Source: Candidatus Aminicenantes bacterium (GTDB lineage: Bacteria; Acidobacteriota; Aminicenantia; Aminicenantales; Saccharicenantaceae). From it: DNA of 64,000 nucleotides. Below are positions 43,576 to 53,321 of the stretch, piece after piece. The stretch is from NCBI GenBank assembly GCA_963813235.1, contig CAWEYF010000021.1, positions 1,587-65,586 of the forward strand. The letters run 5' to 3'. The notes under the pieces are model-generated. The model saw nothing but the letters and a program-made list of their open reading frames with translations, was not told the DNA's origin and did no database searches. Each line of letters begins with the position of its first letter. Positions within the stretch are counted from its first letter, which is position 1. The position numbers and the translations under genes were made by a program.

Positions 43576-43917
43576 ATGAAACGAACGCCGATCGACGTCG
43601 CTGACGCCCTGGCCAGGGTAGGAGACGACCGGGATTTCCTCAAGGAACTCCTGGACATCTACAAGGAGGATCTTGCGACGCGGATCACGGCGCTCCGGGA
43701 AGCCGTCGCCGGGGGGGACCTCAAAACCGTCGAACGGCTCGGCCACGCGGTCAAGGGGTCGTCCGCGAATCTGAGCCTGCCCCTGCTCCGGGATCGGGCA
43801 GCGGCCATCGAGTTCGCCGGGAAGAACGGCGACGCCGCGAAGGCCTTGGCAAACCTCGACGGGCTCGAAAAGGAGTTCCAAAGGCTTCGCGACCACCTCG
43901 GGGCCAATCCCCTCTAG
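43576..43917 (+). CDS. Hpt domain protein
   Basis: GHAVKGSSANL. Confidence 0.9.
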   Translation: MKRTPIDVADALARVGDDRDFLKELLDIYKEDLATRITALREAVAGGDLKTVERLGHAVKGSSANLSLPLLRDRAAAIEFAGKNGDAAKALANLDGLEKEFQRLRDHLGANPL

Positions 43918-43921
43918 GGCT

Positions 43922-44848
43922 CTAACCCGCCTTTTTTACGGCTTCGACCAGGCGCTCGAACCAGATCCCGCCGGTCTTCTCGGCCCCGTCGGGGACCCGA
44001 TTCACTCCGCAGATAAAGCGCCCGGCGATCGCCAGGTACAGGTTCTGGGCATACTTGTTCCTTACATGATGGCCGGAGGGCAGGGACTCGACGGCCTGTC
44101 CGTCCCCGGCGAAGAAAGCGAGGAGACGCTTCATCAGCCCGGCCGGGTCCTGGCCCTTGTCGGGCTCGATGACGAAGGCCTCGAACTCGGCCCCATCCGC
44201 TTTATAGGAAACCAGGTATCCGTTGCCGAGGAAATCGAACCCCATGACGTTCCGGCGGATATATTTCTCGCTGTTCGGGACGAGGCCATCCTTCGGAAAC
44301 ACCGAGAACAAACCCGGGATAGCACCTTCGGTCCCCGCCGCTGCGGCGACCTTCCGGGCGAAGGTTTCCAGGATCGAGGTGGTCGCGTCCCCGCCGTTGA
44401 AGCAGAGGAGCTTTACGTATTCCGTTCCCGCGACGAAATTGAGGACCTCTCCTTCGATGTAGCCGTGGGTCCCGATATCGACGGTCTTGTTATCGGGAAA
44501 ACGCTCGGCGCTGTAGATGCCGAACGCGTCGAGCCCGTTCCCCATGTCGTAGATCTCGAGGGTCACGGACGCCTGGGCGCCGGACTTCACGAACTCGGCG
44601 ACGGCGAGCTCTTTGAAATCGTACCCGATATAGCTTTCGGCGGCCCCATCGATATATTCATAAAGGGTGTCCGGGAAGTAACTCCGCGGCTTCTCGGTCG
44701 CGGTCCAGCCGTCGATCTTGGGGATCACCGCCAGGAGCGCAGGGTCGCCTGCCCTTTGCGGGTCTTCCGCCCGGGGCGCTCCAAGAACGAGAACTGCCGT
44801 CAGGCCGCAAAGCAGGGTCAGGGCGAACTTTCGTTTTCCGGTCTTCAT
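43922..44848 (-). CDS. exported protein, DUF6599-like
   Basis: Signal peptide; LYEYIDGAAE.Y..Y.F and EIYDMG...AFGIYS.ER motifs. Confidence 0.7.
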   Translation of the reverse strand: MKTGKRKFALTLLCGLTAVLVLGAPRAEDPQRAGDPALLAVIPKIDGWTATEKPRSYFPDTLYEYIDGAAESYIGYDFKELAVAEFVKSGAQASVTLEIYDMGNGLDAFGIYSAERFPDNKTVDIGTHGYIEGEVLNFVAGTEYVKLLCFNGGDATTSILETFARKVAAAAGTEGAIPGLFSVFPKDGLVPNSEKYIRRNVMGFDFLGNGYLVSYKADGAEFEAFVIEPDKGQDPAGLMKRLLAFFAGDGQAVESLPSGHHVRNKYAQNLYLAIAGRFICGVNRVPDGAEKTGGIWFERLVEAVKKAG

Positions 44849-44876
44849 CGGGCCTCCAAGAATACGGATAGGGACC

Positions 44877-44905
44877 ATCTTATCGAGTCCCGCCGTCCCT
44901 TTCAA
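44877..44905 (-). promoter_or_regulatory. sigma70-like promoter overlapping an 11-bp inverted repeat
   Basis: TTGAAA-17 bp-TAAGAT; CCGCCGTCCCT (44890-44900) / AGGGACGGCGG (44918-44928). Confidence 0.5.
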
Positions 44906-44957
44906 GCCGGTCCGGCGAGGGACGGCGGCGAGGCCTCGGCCTTTCTAGCCGGTCGGG

Positions 44958-46437
44958 CTACTGCTGTTTGAATGCTTGGGAGATGTGTTCGTGACAAGGC
45001 CCCTTCAGGGTAATGCTCTTGACCAGATAGCTGAGGGATGGCGCAAGGTAGTTCCTCCAGAGATGCACTTGGAGCTTGATGTCCCGGCTGCCCACCGACG
45101 GCATGAGCTTGACTCTCCCGCCGTGCGCCTCCCACGCATCCGGGTTCCCGACACTCGCGAACTCGGGCATCTCGTAGGAGACGAACTCCCAGCCGGGCTT
45201 GAGCAGCTTGCCGCCGCCGAATAATTCATAGTCGGCCTTCATCCCCTTCAGGTTGTTCCCTTTATGCGCGAGGCTGTCGAACCCGAGCTCGAAGGCATAG
45301 CCGTCGGCATAGGGCATGATGATGGCGCATTTATCATCGCAATCCTGCCAAATGACGCTGCTCGTGAATCCCTCGGTTTTGGCCCAGATCATGGCCTGGT
45401 TAACCCCGATCTTCCTCTCGGTCTTATAGCCTCTGTATATAATCCCGTCCGAGAGCTCGTTCGATTCGCCATATTCGTTCTTGAGCTGGAAGAGGACGTT
45501 CTGCGCGCACTCGTACAGCAAGAGATATCCGTCCGGCTCACGCCCGGCCACGATCGGCTGCCATTCTTCCCAATACGCTTGTTGAATCTTGTAACGATAA
45601 TGGGTTGGCCCCCCCCCCATGCTCCTATAGTTCAGCGTGATGTGAAGGTCCTCGGACTCCGGGGCTCCGTTATTTATAGCGAAAAAGGTCAATCGGGGCG
45701 GGAGCTTGATCTCGACGTCACGGCTGGCGGGCGGGAGCCGGTCCTGAAAAGGAGTCGTCGGCGGGGGGGAAACGGTCTTAGTCTTGATCTCGAAGTTGCG
45801 GTCGCTCTCGTCGAACACGACGCCGTCGCCGCTCTCCACGCGGACGCGGTAATCGGTTCCATCCGGGATCCCCGTGCACATCCATAAAGAGCCCCCCGTG
45901 TTCGCCGCGGACCAGGACTTGACCATGGCGCCGCCCTTTTTCAACTTGATGGTCACGTTGCCGGCGACGTTGAGGCTCGTCCATCGGACCCAGTAGGCCG
46001 TGTTACCTGTCCACCATGTCTCGCCGCCGTTCGGGCTGGTGACCGTGATCGAGCCGGCCGGCGGGGGCACCACCACGGCCGGGGAGATCGTGAAATCGCG
46101 ATTGCTGGCGTCCAGGATCTCGGTCTGCATCTTTCGGATCCGGACCCTGTAATCGAGTCCCAGGGACGGCCGTCCCTCCCTGATAGGTGCCCACCGCCCA
46201 GTCGATGGAACCCGCTGTGACCGGAACGTTGTCCCGGATGATGCCCAAGCTGACCGCCCCCTTGAAGAGGAGGATCCTCACGTTTCCGGTCACGCCCGTG
46301 GATGTCCACGTGATGGCGTGCGTGCTGCCCAAGGCCCAGTTCTCCCCCCCGTTCGGTGAGGTCACGGTGATCGACTGAGATCGGGCCGAAACCGCGGACA
46401 CGACGATGACCGCGCACATCAAAGCGAGCTTTTTCAT
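44958..46437 (-). CDS. secreted protein with two Ig-like (ITVTSPNGGE) repeats and an unknown C-terminal domain (one frameshift)
   Basis: Signal peptide; SITVTSPNGGE.W twice; D.S.R.F.I domain ends. Confidence 0.75.
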
Positions 46438-46576
46438 TTCCCCTCCCCTTTTTTCGGGATTGCAGCCCCTTTATGAGCTTATGATATGCTCGCCCGGGAA
46501 CGCAAGTCAAGATGGTCCTCAAACGTCCGTCGTTCCACAGCTCCCCCTGTTGACAGCCCCGGTCATAAGGACCATC

Positions 46577-47477
46577 ATGGAAGGGATGGACGCGTCGCGG
46601 GTCGTCGTGATCAGGGCGAAGGGCCTCCCCCCGGGGGATGTTTCTCCCGGGACGATGCGGCGGATGTACGAAGCGGGGATCCGCGTTTTGACGGGAGAGA
46701 GCGACTCGGACGCGGGCCTGCGCCGGTTGTTCGGTCCCGCGGACCGGGTCGGCATCAAGATCAACACGATCGGGGGGAAGGCCCTCAGCACGCGCCCGGA
46801 CGTCTCCCTCCCCCTGGCCTCCTGGCTCGCCGAAAAGGCCGTCAAGCCCGGGACCGTCGTGATATGGGACCGGACCAATCGCGAGCTCAAGGCGCGCCGG
46901 TTACAGGCTCTCCTCCGCAAGGAGCGGGCCCCGGGTGTTCGGCACGGATACGGAAGGGGCCGGCTACGGCGGCGAACTGGTCATACATCGGGACATCGGG
47001 AGCCTCTTCTCCTCCATCCAGGAGGATTACGTCACGGCATCGATCAGCCTGGCGATCCTCAAGGACCACGGATTGGCGGGGGTGACCGCCGGGATGAAGA
47101 ACTATTTCGGCGCCATCCACAATCCCAACAAATACCACGAAAGCCGCTGCGACCCTTACGTCGCCCAGGTCTTCGATGCCCCGCCCGTCAAGGGCAAGCA
47201 CCGGCTGACCATCCTCGACGCCTTGACCGTGCAATACCACCGCGGGCCATCCTATCATCCGCAATGGGCCGAACGGGCCGGAACCCTCGTCTTCGGGACG
47301 GACCCGGTGGCGACCGATGCGGTCGGCTGGCGCCTCATCGAGGGCCTCAGGGCGAAGAAGGGCCTCCCCTCCCTTGCCGAAGAGCGGCGGGAGCCGTCCT
47401 ACCTGGCCTCCGCCGACAAGCTCGGGCTCGGCACCGCCGACCCGTCCCGGATCTCGCTCGTCGAGGTCGAGGTCTGA
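46577..47477 (+). CDS. DUF362 family protein (frameshift at about 46890)
   Basis: VGIKIN, LKDH..AGVT.GMKNYFG and DPVATD motifs. Confidence 0.8.
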
Positions 47478-47478
47478 G

Positions 47479-48600
47479 ATGAACAGGCGCCGATTCATCC
47501 GGGAGAGTGCGGGGGCGGGCCTCGTGCTGGGGACCTGCCTGCCCTCGCTTTGTTCGGAGATGGCCGCTTTCGCCTCGCCGGCCGAACTCTCCCATGTCGA
47601 AGCCCGCTATTACAAGAAGCTCCCGGACCGGGAGATCGAATGCAACCTCTGCCCCAAACTGTGTCGGCTCGGAGACAAGGAACGCGGCTATTGCGGCGTC
47701 CGCGAGAACCAGGGCGGAACATATTACACGCTCGTTTACGGCAAGGCGTGCAGCCTCAACGTCGACCCCGTGGAGAAAAAGCCCTTCTTCCACGTCCTTC
47801 CCGGGACGAACGCGCTCTCGCTGGCCACGGCAGGCTGCAACGTGAACTGCAAGTTCTGCCAGAACTGGCAGATCTCCCAGGTCCGACCGGAGCAGGTCAA
47901 GGCCTTCGACCTCCCTCCCCTTGCCGTCGCCGTGACGGCCGAACGGTACGGATGTCCGTCCGTCGCCTATACCTACACCGAACCTGTCGTGTTCTTCGAA
48001 TACATGGCCGACGCGGCCATCGCCGCCGGGCGCAAGGGGATCCGGAACCTCGTCGTCACCGGGGGGCACGTCAAGCCGGAGCCTCTGCGGGACCTCCTTA
48101 AGGTCGTGGACGCGGTCAAGATCGACCTCAAGTCCTTCTCCAAGGATTTCTATGCCGAGTACGTCCGGGGGGATCTCGAGGCGGTCCTCGAGGCGATCCG
48201 GATCGTGGCCGGGAGCAAGGTCTGGCTCGAGGTGGTGTATCTTGTCATCCCCACTCTCAACGACTCTCCCGGGGAGATCCGGGAAATGAGCCGATGGCTG
48301 AAGGCGGAAGCCGGGCCGGACGTCCCCCTGCACTTCTCCCGCTTCCAGCCGATGTACCTGGTCAAGAACCTCCCGCCGACCCCGGTCTCGACCCTGGAGC
48401 GATCCCGCGGGATCGCCCTCGAAGAGGGACTGCGCTATGTCTATATCGGCAACGTCCCCGGCCATGAGGCCGAGAGCACGAGCTGTCCCGATTGCCGCCG
48501 GGTGGTTGTCGCCAGGTCGGGATACGCCGTCCGGAAGAACGACATCAGGAGCGGGAAATGCGGTTTCTGCGGCGCCCCCATCCCCGGGATCTGGGCCTGA
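47479..48600 (+). CDS. amrS: AmmeMemoRadiSam system radical SAM enzyme with Tat-like leader
   Basis: MNRRRFI leader; C.LCP..C....G.CGVR.N, DPVEKKP..H..PG, GCNVNCKFCQNW.ISQ, YTYTEP, HFSRF.P and YVYIGN; C-terminal CP.C...C..C. Confidence 0.9.
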   Translation: MNRRRFIRESAGAGLVLGTCLPSLCSEMAAFASPAELSHVEARYYKKLPDREIECNLCPKLCRLGDKERGYCGVRENQGGTYYTLVYGKACSLNVDPVEKKPFFHVLPGTNALSLATAGCNVNCKFCQNWQISQVRPEQVKAFDLPPLAVAVTAERYGCPSVAYTYTEPVVFFEYMADAAIAAGRKGIRNLVVTGGHVKPEPLRDLLKVVDAVKIDLKSFSKDFYAEYVRGDLEAVLEAIRIVAGSKVWLEVVYLVIPTLNDSPGEIREMSRWLKAEAGPDVPLHFSRFQPMYLVKNLPPTPVSTLERSRGIALEEGLRYVYIGNVPGHEAESTSCPDCRRVVVARSGYAVRKNDIRSGKCGFCGAPIPGIWA

Positions 48601-50760
48601 CGACGGACCCGCCCGCGTTCCTCCTGGGCTTCATCGCCGCATCCTTCCAGATCTTTCTCCTCAGGGAGTTCTCCGTCCATTTCAACGGAAACGAGCTTGT
48701 CTTCGGGATCGTCCTGGCCTCCTGGCTTTTCTGGGGAGGCGTGGGGAGCCTCTCCGGCCGTCGCCTCGTCCGCGCGAGAGGGGCCATCGACAGGCTCTTC
48801 TACGCTCTCGTCCTCCTTTTCCCAGCCGGGCTCATCGGCCTGAGATCCTCCCGTTTCGTCCTGGGAACCTTGCCGGGCGAATTGACGGGAATGGCCCCCG
48901 CCCTCGTCACCGCGATGGCGATCGGTCTCGTCTCCAGTTTCCCCATGGGCGCCCTCTTCGCCCTGATCGCCGGGCTGCCCGGAGGCAAGGTCACGCGCGT
49001 GTACGCTTTCGAATCCCTGGGGGCCGTCATCGCCGGCCTGGTCGTCTCATTCGGTCTCGTTCCGCTCGTCTCAAATTGGCAGGGCACAGCGCTCGTTGCC
49101 GGGGCCGCGGCTTCGGGGGCATACCTGACCTTCGGGCAACGTAAGCACCTCCTTTCCTATGCGACGGCCCTGGCCCTCCTGGCGGTTTTTTATCTCGGCG
49201 ACCTGCCCTCCCAGAGGATCTGGTGGAAACCCTTCGAGCTCATCGGAAGCCATGATACGCCCTACGGCAAGCTCCAGTCTGTGGGGACCGGCGATCAGGT
49301 ATCCATTTATGCCAGCGGGCTTCCCGTTCTTTCCTCCCCCGACCCGGCGGCGGCTGAGACTCCCGTCCATTTCGCCATGCTCCAGAGGCCCGGGGCCCGG
49401 AAGGTCCTGCTCATCGGCGGCGGCGTCGGCGGCGGGCTCAGCGAGGTCCTGAAATACAAGGGCGTCTCGGCGGATTACGTCGAGCTCGATCCCGGGATCA
49501 TCCGGATGGCCGAGGCCGTCCTTCCGGAGGGCGAGCAGGCGTCCCTCCGGGATCCCAGGGTCCACGTCCACTACGGGGATGGGCTGAAGTTCCTGCGGGG
49601 GTCGTCGGAGCGGTACGACGCCATCATCCTGAACCTGCCCGAGCCGGCGACCGCCCAGATCAACCGGTTCTACACAAGGGAGTTCTTCATCCTCGCCCGG
49701 TCGCGCCTGGCCTCCGGCGGGGTATTCTCCTTTGTCGTCCCGTCCTCCGAAGACTCCCTCGGGGCCGACCTCCGGCGTTTCCTATCGTCCCTCCATGCGA
49801 CGCTCCGCGCCGCCTTCCCCGTGGTTCGGGTGGTCCCGGGAAACACCGCCGTTTTCCTGGCGTCCTCGGCCCCGCTCACCCTGGACCCGAACACTTTGGA
49901 GAGGCGCATCGAGGAACTTGGCCTGCCCCTCCTATCGATCAACACGGCGCTCCTATCCGCGCGACTGAATCCCCTGCGGACGGAGCGTTTGATGGAAGAG
50001 ATCGGCACGGGGTCCCCCCGCCTCAACCTGGACCTTGCCCCGGCGGCCTACTACTTCCATTCGGTCCTGTGGAGCAGCCAATTTCGGGGTCTCGAAGCCG
50101 GAATGCTCAGATTCTTCGAGCGCGTCCCCGTTCCGGCGCTCCTCGGCGTCCCCCTCTTCGCCTACGCCCTCGTCCTCGTCGTCCTCGCGCTCCGGAGGAA
50201 ACGCCCGGCCGGCCGATCGCTCGCGCCTGTCTGGACAATGGGTTTCACGACCATCGTCATCGAGTTGGCCGCCCTCGTCGCCTTCCAGTCCTTCTACGGA
50301 TACGTGTACGGCAAGCTTTCTCTCCTCCTCTCCGCGTTCATGGGCGGCCTGTTCCTCGGGGCTTGGCCGAACCGCTCCCCGAAACCAGCGAACGCCCCGA
50401 GCTTTTTTCCGCCGCAGGCCGGCTTCCTGCTCATCATCGCGGCGTTCAGGCTCTCCCTCGCGAACCGGGCCCCGGAGGCCCTGTTCTATGTCCTGCTTCT
50501 CGCCCTGGGAGCCCTCGGCGGACGCCTGTTCGTCGTTTCCGCGTGGGCTCGTCGACCCGACGCCCGGGGGTTCCGGGCGGGTCTACGGCGCCGACCTCCT
50601 GGGCTCCTTCCTTGGGGCCCTTGCCGCCTCCGCCGTTCTCATCCCCCTGGCCGGCATCCTCCCCCTCTTCGATGCCCTGTTCCTGATGAATGCATTCTGC
50701 CTTATCTTCATCGCGATCCCTAGGCTGCAACTTTGTCGGGGGCGCGGCATTTCTATATAA
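48558..50760 (+). CDS. multi-TM protein with central spermidine-synthase-like SAM-binding domain (start uncertain; frameshift near the C-terminus)
   Basis: TM blocks flank TPYG, VLLIGGGVGG, VELDP, GDG, YDAII and NRFYTREFF; internal repeats VYAFESLG and VYGADLLG. Confidence 0.8.
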
Positions 50761-50761
50761 T
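50733..50761 (+). promoter_or_regulatory. sigma70-like promoter
   Basis: TTGTCG-17 bp-TATAAT. Confidence 0.55.
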
Positions 50762-50780
50762 AGCCGTGAAGGTATGAGTT

Positions 50781-51731
50781 TTGAGAGACGGATTCTTACC
50801 CGAAGAGCGGGAGCGGACGCCTTTCCATAAAAAGCGGGCGGTAAGCCTCGCTGTCTCGTTGACCCTTCACGCCCTCGTCGTCTATGGCCTCTTTCACGCG
50901 CCGCTCGTGATCAAGCTCCTGCCCCTCGGCCGGGAGGTCCGGAACGTCCGTCTTGCTCCCCCCGTCAGGATGACCCTGCCAGGGCGCATAGAGGACTATA
51001 TCCAAAACTACCCCGCTCCCGGGCCGTTCGAGCTCGGGACGCGCCGGCCGGCGGCCCGTCCCTCCCCGGGTCTGAAAAAGGCTCCCGAAGCCCCCTCGCG
51101 AAACGCCGAAGGCCGGAGGTCCGGGCTCGCGCCCGAGAACCTGATGAAGAACGGCCCCGGTACGCCCCCCGCCCCGGGGGAATCCCTGAGCGGGGATCTC
51201 GCCCTGGGCTCAAGGTACCGGGAGGAAGGGGACGGAAGGCTGCGAATCAACCTCCTGGCCATCCCCGACCATGTCCAGGACGCCCCTCTCGGATTCGAGG
51301 GAGGCGTCCCGAGCGGCCGATCCTTCCGGAGGTACGTCCTCCCGGGACTCGCGTCCTCCCGGGGCGGAGCCCGCCGCAGTTCGGGGACCGGCAGCGGGAC
51401 GGAAGAGGGCGGACAGCGGGCAAGCGCCGTGTTCCTGTCCCCCGGATATGACATCTCCCCCTGGGCCGCCAAGGTCATGGACCTCATCCAGCTCAACTGG
51501 GCGATCCCGTCCGCCCCGAACCTCACGGGAAGGAGCGAAGTCCGGGTCGCCGTCACGATCGAAAGGAACGGTGCGTTCTCCGCGTTCCAGGTCTTCGAGC
51601 TCGCCGACCTCGAGCTCTTCAACGCCGCTGCCGAGACCGCCCTGAAGGCCAGCGAACCCTTCCCCGCCCTCCCGGACGACTTCCCGGCCTCGAACCTCAC
51701 CGCCATGTTCGTATTCACGTATCATGATTAA
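50781..51731 (+). CDS. TonB/TolA C-terminal domain protein
   Basis: N-terminal TM with S..LH, Pro-rich linker, I..NW.IP...A..AL....PFP.LP. Confidence 0.75.
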   Translation: MRDGFLPEERERTPFHKKRAVSLAVSLTLHALVVYGLFHAPLVIKLLPLGREVRNVRLAPPVRMTLPGRIEDYIQNYPAPGPFELGTRRPAARPSPGLKKAPEAPSRNAEGRRSGLAPENLMKNGPGTPPAPGESLSGDLALGSRYREEGDGRLRINLLAIPDHVQDAPLGFEGGVPSGRSFRRYVLPGLASSRGGARRSSGTGSGTEEGGQRASAVFLSPGYDISPWAAKVMDLIQLNWAIPSAPNLTGRSEVRVAVTIERNGAFSAFQVFELADLELFNAAAETALKASEPFPALPDDFPASNLTAMFVFTYHD

Positions 51732-52821
51732 AAAGGCCGCTTCCCTGTTCCTCGTCTTATTCCTGGCCGCTGCCGCCCGGGCGGCGGATTGGAAAAGCGA
51801 TCTCAGGGCTTGTCTCGACCCGCCCCGGCGGGACTTCGCCGCGGCCCGAACCCTCCTTCGCGAAATCCGCGACGGCCTCGAGCCGGTCGACAAGCAGGCC
51901 GCCGAGGCGCTCCTCGCGTTCCTCGCGCGGAGGACCGGCGACGCTCAGGACGAACGCGAAAGGATCGTGGCCTACTTCGAAACGTACGGGGACGCGGACC
52001 CGGCCTTCGACTTCCTCGACGACACCCTCGGCCGGGAGTTCATGATCTTCTGGGGAACCTGGAAGACCTCGTATCCCCTGACCTCCGGGTTCGTGTTCCT
52101 CGAAAAAACCGGGGACGACGATCCCTCTCCGCCCGCCCGGCTCGAGGTCGGGCTCGAGCTCCTGAACGAAGCGTACTACAGGGTCTCGGGCGACGGAGTC
52201 ACCCTCGCCGGGGGGCTCTGGCACGGTGGCTTCCATATCCTCCGCCTGCCGTTCACGGGCGGTTACGACAGGACCGGAGAGATCGCGTTCGACCTGGACC
52301 TCAAGATCACGGGCCTGGTCGTCAGGAAGCGCATCACGGTCAAGGTCAACGTCGAAACATCCTCCCCGGCGTTCCAGCTCCCGGCCGTCGCCCCCGCGGC
52401 CGGCCCGCCCGCCCCTCCAGCGCCCCGGGCCGTCGAGGGGGAGGTCTCTCTGTACGTCGGCGACAAGCTTATCCTGACCAGCAAGAAGCTCTCCTCGAAA
52501 CCCGCCCCGTTGAAGATCCCCATCCCGGGACCGTCCCCCTGGGGGACGAAGCCGTTCATCGTCCCGCGGAAGGACGCGCCCCAATTCAATCAGTTCTCCA
52601 TCATCGACGCCGTATCCGAAGTCATCAAGGCCATCAAGGACATCGGAAAGAAGCGTAAGGCCGCGTCGGCCTCTCCGCCGTCCTACAGGAAGACCCAGGC
52701 CCTCGGGTTCGCCTTCACCCGTCCCGGCCCGTCCGGCGGGGAGGTTCGTTACAGGGCTTCCGTCTCTCTCGCCGCCTCGAACGGGTCCGTCGCCGCGGAG
52801 CGGGGCGCAAGAACTCTTTGA
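51724..52821 (+). CDS. exported hypothetical protein
   Basis: Signal peptide (ARA|A); long ORF coupled to the upstream gene. Confidence 0.7.
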   Translation: MIKKAASLFLVLFLAAAARAADWKSDLRACLDPPRRDFAAARTLLREIRDGLEPVDKQAAEALLAFLARRTGDAQDERERIVAYFETYGDADPAFDFLDDTLGREFMIFWGTWKTSYPLTSGFVFLEKTGDDDPSPPARLEVGLELLNEAYYRVSGDGVTLAGGLWHGGFHILRLPFTGGYDRTGEIAFDLDLKITGLVVRKRITVKVNVETSSPAFQLPAVAPAAGPPAPPAPRAVEGEVSLYVGDKLILTSKKLSSKPAPLKIPIPGPSPWGTKPFIVPRKDAPQFNQFSIIDAVSEVIKAIKDIGKKRKAASASPPSYRKTQALGFAFTRPGPSGGEVRYRASVSLAASNGSVAAERGARTL

Positions 52822-52886
52822 CAGCCCCGCGGCGAATGATGTATCGTTATACGGAATCCAGGTTCGGGTGAGTCGGGAGGTTCGCG

Positions 52887-53321
52887 ATGTCCGATAAGGG
52901 GATTGAGAGACGGCTCTGCCAACGCTTTAAGATCCCCGGAGCCACGGTTTCCTACCAGAGGGAACGGCGGCTCTTCCCGGCCAAGGGGTTCGAACAGGAG
53001 TTCTGCCCCGTCCTGGACATCAGCCGCGGCGGCGTCCGTTTCCTGACCCAGAAGCCCCTCAAATTCAAGGCCCGGGTCGTTCTCTACATTTCCATACCCG
53101 GTGAGCGCATCCCGCTCACCCTCAGCGGCCACGTCCGCTGGACATCGTTCAACCCCGGCAAAAGCTATAAATACCAGGCGGGCGTCCAGTTCAGCGCCTA
53201 CGGGGAAAAGAAGGGCCAGAACTACCCCGGCGCCCTGGTCAAGATCATCGCCCTCGAGCAGAAATTCATCGAGCCTGGGGATTCGGGCGGCTCCGCGAAC
53301 AACAGCGAGTTCCGCATCTAG
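52887..53321 (+). CDS. PilZ domain protein
   Basis: ERRLCQR (RxxxR), DISRGG (DxSxxG), G.VRW and GVQF. Confidence 0.88.
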   Translation: MSDKGIERRLCQRFKIPGATVSYQRERRLFPAKGFEQEFCPVLDISRGGVRFLTQKPLKFKARVVLYISIPGERIPLTLSGHVRWTSFNPGKSYKYQAGVQFSAYGEKKGQNYPGALVKIIALEQKFIEPGDSGGSANNSEFRI

